From assembly GCA_965222375.1 (NCBI GenBank), contig CBDCTZ010000011.1, positions 32,001 through 96,000 of the forward strand: a DNA stretch of 64,000 nt, read 5' to 3'. Position numbers and translations under genes: made by a program. Every line of letters starts with the position of its first letter. Position 1 is the stretch's first letter. The stretch is from Polyangiaceae bacterium. Lineage in GTDB: Bacteria > Myxococcota_A > Polyangia > Polyangiales > Polyangiaceae. The notes under the pieces were generated by a model, which was not told the origin of the DNA, made no database searches, and worked only from the letters and a program-made list of their open reading frames with translations. Below, in pieces: positions 57,999 through 64,000 of this stretch.

Positions 57999-58193
57999 AT
58001 GAATCCCGTCAAGACGATGCTCCTTGCGTCCCTCGCAGCTGCCCTGACCGTGGGCAGTGCTGCCGCGGCTCCTGCAGCTCTGTGCGGAGGCGGCAAGTGC
58101 GACTGCGCTCACTGCGCTGGCAAGAAGAAGAAGTCCAAGAAGACGCCTCCCAAGGCCGGCAAGAAGAAGCCGAAGAAGCCCAGCAGTTCCTGA
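57999..58193 (+). CDS. small secreted Cys/Lys-rich peptide
   Basis: Signal peptide; CGGGKCDCAHC; Lys-rich tail. Confidence 0.7.
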   Translation: MNPVKTMLLASLAAALTVGSAAAAPAALCGGGKCDCAHCAGKKKKSKKTPPKAGKKKPKKPSSS

Positions 58194-58366
58194 CGCGTGC
58201 GTTCCCGTTGCCGCGTGGCCCCTGCGCGGCTGCAGCGCGCCGTCGCGAAGCACCGCAGGGCCGTGGGACGCAGAAGCGACTGCAGTCGACGCGCTTCGCG
58301 ATACCCGACGGGGTGCGGCAGTCGCGCCAAGTTACAATTCGGCTCCCCAAATCAAGGCCGCAGAAC

Positions 58367-59293
58367 CTACGTCGGCTGCCAATGCACGCGGTCGAGCTTG
58401 GGGCTCGCGACTACGACGTGGATGGCGCTGATGCGTCCGCTGCCGTCCACGACCAGCTGAAACACTGCGCGTGGAGCGAGGCTACCGGTAGCACCGGGGT
58501 ATTGGGCGATGATTGCCGGCAGGCCGTTGACCATCGCGGTGCGGAAGCTGGCACGGGTGTCATCGACGCGGGCGCTTTGGATCTTCACGTAGAACTTGGC
58601 GATCTTGGCGGCGCCCACTATCGGGCTACCCGCAGCCAGGAACTCGCCGTTGGCGTCGTTGAGAGACACGGCGTCGTCGCAAAGCAGGCCAGTCAATGCG
58701 CTCACGTCTCCGGCTGCGAGTACGGCGCCGAGTTGTTGTAAGGCTGCAGTGTTTCGCTGTAGCAGCGCGTCGTCGACGATACAGCGCTCCGAGTCGTAGG
58801 GCTCCATCGCCTTGCGCGCACGATGATGCACGACACGCACATTCGCTTCCGTGAGCCCCGTTGCGGCGGCGACTTCTCGCACGCTCAGCTCCAGTACGTC
58901 ACGCAGCACCAGGACGGCGCGCTGCTCGGCGCTGAGCACTTCCAGGGCGAGCAAGAACGCGAGGGTGGCGCTTTCGCGCTCGCCGTAGCGGGATTCTGCG
59001 GAGGGCTCCAACGCCGTCAGGTCCAAGTCCTCGATGGGCATGGGCAGCCACGGACCGCGGTAGGCTTTGGATTTGCGATGTCTCAGGGCGTCGATGCCCA
59101 GGCGTGTCGCGACCTGCACCAGCCACGGACCCAAGGGCCGAGCGGTATCTTGGGGAGGTGACTCCAGAGCGCGGCGGAACGTGTCCTGGACCAGGTCTTC
59201 GGATTCGGACCCGTCACCGGTGAGGCGATAGCACACGGCCCACAACATCCGTCGATGTTGATGGAACGCGGTCTCCAAAGCCGCTGCATCCAT
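58367..59293 (-). CDS. ECF41-type (SigJ-like) sigma factor with SnoaL-like extension
   Basis: EDLVQD, GPWLPMP, sigma4 region, C-terminal NG.P and PKL motifs. Confidence 0.9.
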   Translation of the reverse strand: MDAAALETAFHQHRRMLWAVCYRLTGDGSESEDLVQDTFRRALESPPQDTARPLGPWLVQVATRLGIDALRHRKSKAYRGPWLPMPIEDLDLTALEPSAESRYGERESATLAFLLALEVLSAEQRAVLVLRDVLELSVREVAAATGLTEANVRVVHHRARKAMEPYDSERCIVDDALLQRNTAALQQLGAVLAAGDVSALTGLLCDDAVSLNDANGEFLAAGSPIVGAAKIAKFYVKIQSARVDDTRASFRTAMVNGLPAIIAQYPGATGSLAPRAVFQLVVDGSGRISAIHVVVASPKLDRVHWQPT

Positions 59294-59307
59294 ACTGGCG
59301 CTGGAGC

Positions 59308-59934
59308 CTAACAGGGCTGCCTCTGACCTGCAGCTAGATGGTCGGAGCCGATGCTCAAGGGGACGGCCATGGCATTGAAGTAGGATTCGAAGCCTCCGAG
59401 CCACACGATTTCGATCACCTCGCGCTCGTCGAAGCCGTCGCGCAGGCGATCGAATACGTCCTCGGGCACATTCCGATCCTGAGCCAGGGCCTTTGCGTAG
59501 GCGATGACCGCACGCTCCTGTTCGTCGAAAGCGCTGTGGGTCTCGAATTCGTTCAGGTGTTGAAAGCGTTCAACTCCGACCTTGGCTCTCATGGCCTCAG
59601 CCAAGGTCAGGTCCGCGCAAAACGTACAGCCGTGCTCGCTCGCGATGGCGAATTGAAGGAGGGCTCGAATGCGAGCGGGCACGCGTAGTAATCGTTCTGC
59701 TACCGTGATCAGAGCGAGAGTGGCGAGCAACAATGCGGGCGCCCGCGAGTACACGACGCGGAAGGCGGTGGGGACCTTGCCGTATCGCCGCTTGGCCTGC
59801 CAGAACACCAGGCGCAGCAGTAGGCTCTTGGGCCGATCGATGGGTGACAGACGAGGGGCCGAATGCTCCTGGGCCTCGTGAGAGCTGGCGCGCGGGCTGG
59901 TGGGCAGGTCGGCGGGTATTGCTTGGGAGGACAT
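59308..59934 (-). CDS. carboxymuconolactone decarboxylase/AhpD-like protein
   Basis: GCTFC; F.E.ERA..YA; usual ECF41 partner. Confidence 0.85.
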   Translation of the reverse strand: MSSQAIPADLPTSPRASSHEAQEHSAPRLSPIDRPKSLLLRLVFWQAKRRYGKVPTAFRVVYSRAPALLLATLALITVAERLLRVPARIRALLQFAIASEHGCTFCADLTLAEAMRAKVGVERFQHLNEFETHSAFDEQERAVIAYAKALAQDRNVPEDVFDRLRDGFDEREVIEIVWLGGFESYFNAMAVPLSIGSDHLAAGQRQPC

Positions 59935-59945
59935 TTCGTCGTCCA

Positions 59946-59972
59946 CACGAGCGTGGCTGGCCCGACGTTACA
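59946..59972 (-). promoter_or_regulatory. putative ECF41 promoter
   Basis: TGTAACG-N16-CGTG versus ECF41 consensus TGTCACA-N16-CGTC. Confidence 0.55.
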
Positions 59973-60106
59973 GAACAGGTCACACTTTTCGCCGTCGGTG
60001 GCCGGATTGAGGTGAAAATCCAAGGATCTTGGGGCGTTCGGCGGCGGACCTCGGAAATCGAATCTCGAGCTGAACCGTCACGTCGGGTTGCGGCCATGAC
60101 ACGGTG

Positions 60107-61177
60107 ATGAATTTGAAACCTTACCTTGGCTTGTGTTTTTTGGGGCTCACCGCGGCTTGCGGCAGCACGACTTTGGATCCGGTTCAGAACGGTACCGGAG
60201 GTGCGAGCACCGGCGGCAATTCGAGCGGCGGCAGTGCTGGCAGCGGTGGTAGTGCGACCGGTGGAAGCTCGAGCGGTGGCACCGGAGGCGGCAGTGCCTG
60301 CAAGAGTCCCAATCCGGCAGGCTGCGTTCAGACTGGGTGCAGTGCTGGGCAGATCTGCAATACGGACGTGCAGATCTGCCTGCCTTCGAGTTGCAGCTGT
60401 GACGAAAAGACCGGGGAATGGGCGTGCACCGACGACTGCGGTGGCGGCGCGTGTACGCCGGATCCCACGGCAGGCAAGTACTTCGTTCGCATCGGGTTCG
60501 TGGACGGGCAAGTGCAGATCCCGGACTTCTGCGTGTCCTATCAAAACGACGGACTCACCTACACCTGGGACCAGCAACTCTTGCTAGCTTTGCATGGCGA
60601 AAGCTCCTCCTCGCTGAATGGCTTGAAACGCCTCACAAAGTACCTGCCCCTGAAGGCCGCGCCCTTAGCCTTTGCAATTGCGTCGCCGAAGAGTGGGTGT
60701 GCGGCGCCGAGCTACATTGCGGAAATGCCCAATGTTGACACTTTGGGCCTGCCTCCAACGCACTTCACCTTGCTTTCCGCTCCGTATTCGAACGAACCGC
60801 CCGAGGTTTGGGTGCTGCCCGACTCGGGGCCCGTTGCCGGAGGGGTCAACTCGAAGCTGCGGGTGATCAATGCCACGACGACGTCCTACGATCTGATCAA
60901 CGTCGCGGCGGATGGCGACAAACTCGGCAAGGCCGCGTTCGGAAAAATGAACTCATACCAGTACCAGTCGGTGAGCAAGGGCCATCTCCAATTGCTCACC
61001 TTCGAGGACTTCCAAGGCAAGTATTCGGCGGACTTCAGTGGCAGCGACCTGCTCGCGTTGCACAACTCCACGGTCATCATCGCGGGCTGGCAGGGCAAGT
61101 ACCACGCTTTCGGTTGTATAGATGGCAAGGGCTCAGACTTCTTCTGCCTGCCAGCCGCCGTGAAGAAGCTGCCCTGA
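60107..61177 (+). CDS. Gly/Cys-rich lipoprotein
   Basis: Lipobox TAAC; Gly linker; Cys module; LRVINA beta-domain. Confidence 0.8.
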   Translation: MNLKPYLGLCFLGLTAACGSTTLDPVQNGTGGASTGGNSSGGSAGSGGSATGGSSSGGTGGGSACKSPNPAGCVQTGCSAGQICNTDVQICLPSSCSCDEKTGEWACTDDCGGGACTPDPTAGKYFVRIGFVDGQVQIPDFCVSYQNDGLTYTWDQQLLLALHGESSSSLNGLKRLTKYLPLKAAPLAFAIASPKSGCAAPSYIAEMPNVDTLGLPPTHFTLLSAPYSNEPPEVWVLPDSGPVAGGVNSKLRVINATTTSYDLINVAADGDKLGKAAFGKMNSYQYQSVSKGHLQLLTFEDFQGKYSADFSGSDLLALHNSTVIIAGWQGKYHAFGCIDGKGSDFFCLPAAVKKLP

Positions 61178-61200
61178 GCTGGCCGCGGACTTCGCTTCAA

Positions 61201-61959
61201 TCAGTCGACCAAGCCCAACTCTTCAGCGCAGCTGGTCAGCACCGTGCGCCAGTTCTCGTCCGAAAGGCCCGCGTCGGGACCGGCGGGCTGTCCTTGACGG
61301 CAGAGTTCGGCCTTACCCAGCGCGCAATCGATGAGCTGTGAAGCGTGGGCGCCGAAAGGGTTTGACCCATTGTAGGAACCGTCGTTAGTGGTGTCAGAGC
61401 CGGCGTCCGACGGGGAGCTCAGATAGCTACCGGCGAGCCAGCAGATGGAATCGCAGGGGATGTCCTCTGAGGGGCATTGGCGATCCGATGGCTGCGAGTT
61501 CGCGTCCGCATTGCCGGCGTCTGCGACCGAAGCGTCCGCCAGAGTGGATTCGACGGCCCGACATAAATCGAGGCACAGCCTGACGTCTGGATACGCGCAC
61601 TCGATCAGGGCGTCTCGCGGAGCTTGGCAGGTCGACTCTTTTGGAAGCGCTTGGGCGCGAAATCCGGAGCCCGAGCAAACGAAGTCGTCGGGCGATGCGG
61701 CGCGGTAGCAATCGAGGAGCGTTCGCTGAAGGCTCGAGCACGGCTCCTCGGCCAGACTGCGCTCGCAGTTGCGAACGCAGTTTTCGGGTTCTTGCTCGCA
61801 GTCCTTGCGCAAGAAGGCCTGGCACCAGTCGTCGCAGAAGGTCGGTGAGCCCGAGTACTCCTCGGGATCGCATTGGGTGCTGAGCGCGGCCAGCGTGGCG
61901 ACCGTCGCCAATGGCCAGCTGCGGCGCTTGGCACTCGGACCCTGTGTTCGAAAGCTCAT
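61201..61959 (-). CDS. Cys-rich lipoprotein
   Basis: Signal peptide with STQC; C...C helical repeats. Confidence 0.75.
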   Translation of the reverse strand: MSFRTQGPSAKRRSWPLATVATLAALSTQCDPEEYSGSPTFCDDWCQAFLRKDCEQEPENCVRNCERSLAEEPCSSLQRTLLDCYRAASPDDFVCSGSGFRAQALPKESTCQAPRDALIECAYPDVRLCLDLCRAVESTLADASVADAGNADANSQPSDRQCPSEDIPCDSICWLAGSYLSSPSDAGSDTTNDGSYNGSNPFGAHASQLIDCALGKAELCRQGQPAGPDAGLSDENWRTVLTSCAEELGLVD

Positions 61960-62066
61960 GGCTCGGCGTGTGGGCCCTTAACCTAGGGCGCGGATGGAGC
62001 CGTGGCCAGCTCGAGGCCGTGAAAAGGACCCTGGCCTCCGGACGAGTGGCAATTATAAGACTGGGG

Positions 62067-64000
62067 TTGGTTTCACACTCGCGCGCCCCTAGCCAGGCAC
62101 GATGGCGGACACTGTGCTTGCTGGCACTAGTCACGGCCACGCCGTCTGCGCGGGCGCAACCGGACCCACCAAAGCCGGCGGAAGAGACCGAAACTCCGCC
62201 GCCAGCGGTCATCACGCCCCCCAAAGCGTTGGGCAATATCGCCGTTGACTACCCGGCAGAGGCGGCGGGCGATGCACTCGTGTTGCTCGAACTCGTTGTC
62301 GCAAAAGAGGGGAGGGTTACGTCTGTGTCTGTCGTGACGGGCAACCAGCCCTTCTCCGACGCAGCCGTAGAAGCCGCGAAGACCTGGCGGTTCACTCCGG
62401 CCACGCGGGGTGGTGTCGCGGTCGCGGCTCGGATCCGCATGGAAGTGCGCTTCAGCGAACCGCCTCGGGACGGCCCCGAGGCCGAGCAAGATGAGACCGT
62501 CGCCGGCGCGCCGCCGCCTAGAGAGCCAGAGGGACAGCCAGAGGGAAAGCCCCTGGAAGTAGTCGTGACTGGGGAGCGCCGCGCGGGTGGAGAAAAACGC
62601 ATCTCTCGCGCCGAAGTGCGACAGCTTCCTGGCGCATTCGGAGATCCTTTTCGCGCAGTCGAGGTCATGCCCGGGGTCACGCCCGTGGCATCGGGGCTGC
62701 CCTATTTTTTCGTTCGCGGGGCACCGCCGGGCAACGTCGGCTACTTCTTCGACGACATCCCGGTGCCAGGCCTGTATCACGTCGCTGCTGGCCCTGCCGT
62801 AATCCACCCCGCTTTCATCGACGAGGTACGGCTGTACTCCGGCGCCTACCCGGCTAGCTACGGGCGCGTCTCCGGCGGCATCGTCACGGGCAGTGCCGCG
62901 CAACCCGAAGGTCGGTTTCGCGGTGAGGCCAATGTGCGACTCGTTGACAGCGGCGCGTTCGTGGAGACACCGTTTGCAGAGGGGCGCGGCAACGCGATGT
63001 TGGCGGGTCGCTACTCCTACACCGGCGCAGTGGTGTCACTGCTCGTGCCCGAAGTCGAGATTGGCTACTGGGACTACCAGGGGCGCATTCAGTACAGGCT
63101 GACGGAGCGAGACACGGTCGGAGTGTTCGGCTTCGGCGCCTACGACTTTCTCAGTGCAGAAGACGACGATGGTGAGACCCAGGACATCTATGATGTCACC
63201 TTTCACCGTTACGACATCCGCTACGATCGCGCTCTAGGTCCGGATAGCGCCCTGCGGCTGGCAACGACACTGGGTTTCGACCGCTCCGCCGCGGGCGACG
63301 GCGAATTGGAACTTCAGGCTCAGAGCGCGCGCAACCGCTTCCGCTACGTGGACCGCTGGAGCAAGGATGTTCTGTTTCGCTCCGGGGCGGACGTCAGTGT
63401 CGCGCGCTACGACATCCTGCTCGACCAAGACGACGCCGGTGGTGCAGGGGGCGGCGACGGCATACCCGCGGAACTCAACCCGAACCCCCTGCCGGGCTTG
63501 CCTCCACGCTTTTCCCCGCGCCTGCCCGACGAGGATGTGACGGACGCTCGCTTTGCTTCACGCAGCGAAGTCATCACCGGCGCCTGGCTCGATTGGGTGC
63601 TGGACCTGGGATCCGGCGTGACCCTGACGCCTGGGTTTCGCATGGACCTCTACACTGCTGACGGCGTGACCCGATTAGCGCCCGAGCCCCGGGTGGCCGC
63701 TCGCTTTCAGGTGAGCGAACGCGTCGCGCTACTGCACGATTTGGGCATCGCGCATCAACCGCCGAGCTTCGCGATCCCGGTGCCGGGGCTACAAGGCGCA
63801 GCCAAAGAAGGTCTTCAGACCGGCGTGCAGAGCAGCGCCGGCGCGGAAGTGGATTTGGGAGATGAAGTCACCGGATCCCTCACGCTGTTTCAAAACGTCC
63901 TGTTCGGTTTGACGGACCCTTTGGGGCTCTTCCAGTTGCAGCGCGCTGACGCCACCGTGGACAACGAGGATCGCGCGACGTCCCATAGCTACGGGCTGGA
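62067..64000 (+). CDS. TonB-dependent receptor with N-terminal TonB-C domain (start uncertain, runs off the window's right edge)
   Basis: Hand translation: signal peptide, YP..A..V.V..G.V..AV.AAKTW.F.PA, plug PGAFGDPFRAV..PGV, VRG, YGRVSGG. Confidence 0.9.
   Translation, partial: MVSHSRAPSQARWRTLCLLALVTATPSARAQPDPPKPAEETETPPPAVITPPKALGNIAVDYPAEAAGDALVLLELVVAKEGRVTSVSVVTGNQPFSDAAVEAAKTWRFTPATRGGVAVAARIRMEVRFSEPPRDGPEAEQDETVAGAPPPREPEGQPEGKPLEVVVTGERRAGGEKRISRAEVRQLPGAFGDPFRAVEVMPGVTPVASGLPYFFVRGAPPGNVGYFFDDIPVPGLYHVAAGPAVIHPAFIDEVRLYSGAYPASYGRVSGGIVTGSAAQPEGRFRGEANVRLVDSGAFVETPFAEGRGNAMLAGRYSYTGAVVSLLVPEVEIGYWDYQGRIQYRLTERDTVGVFGFGAYDFLSAEDDDGETQDIYDVTFHRYDIRYDRALGPDSALRLATTLGFDRSAAGDGELELQAQSARNRFRYVDRWSKDVLFRSGADVSVARYDILLDQDDAGGAGGGDGIPAELNPNPLPGLPPRFSPRLPDEDVTDARFASRSEVITGAWLDWVLDLGSGVTLTPGFRMDLYTADGVTRLAPEPRVAARFQVSERVALLHDLGIAHQPPSFAIPVPGLQGAAKEGLQTGVQSSAGAEVDLGDEVTGSLTLFQNVLFGLTDPLGLFQLQRADATVDNEDRATSHSYGL

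Overview
High-GC window that looks myxobacterial (Polyangiales/Sorangiineae-like): MYXO-CTERM tails, a DUF2378-type protein, an FHA-sigma54 activator beside a Ser/Thr kinase, a TonB-fused receptor and many Gly-linker/Cys-rich lipoproteins. It holds the zwf-pgl-gnd operon, an ABC transporter, several hydrolases, a desaturase, an ECF41-type sigma/AhpD-like pair and a complete group II intron (37429-39399) with an RT ORF. Main observations: (1) a dispersed ~45-bp intergenic repeat (GGGGTCG-N16-18-GGGCCACTACTCTCG) has four intact copies, and a fifth is split exactly by the intron, whose EBS1 (CGACCC) pairs with the repeat's invariant GGGTCG; (2) a B12-dependent radical SAM enzyme is fused in frame to an internal lipoprotein signal peptide and an exported Cys-rich domain, with a possible internal start; (3) a HerA-like ATPase/wHTH gene is split by a +1 frameshift; (4) eukaryote-like nSMase and Kunitz proteins are present. 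All family calls come from motif recognition by eye; no searches were run. No rRNA, tRNA or CRISPR array was seen.
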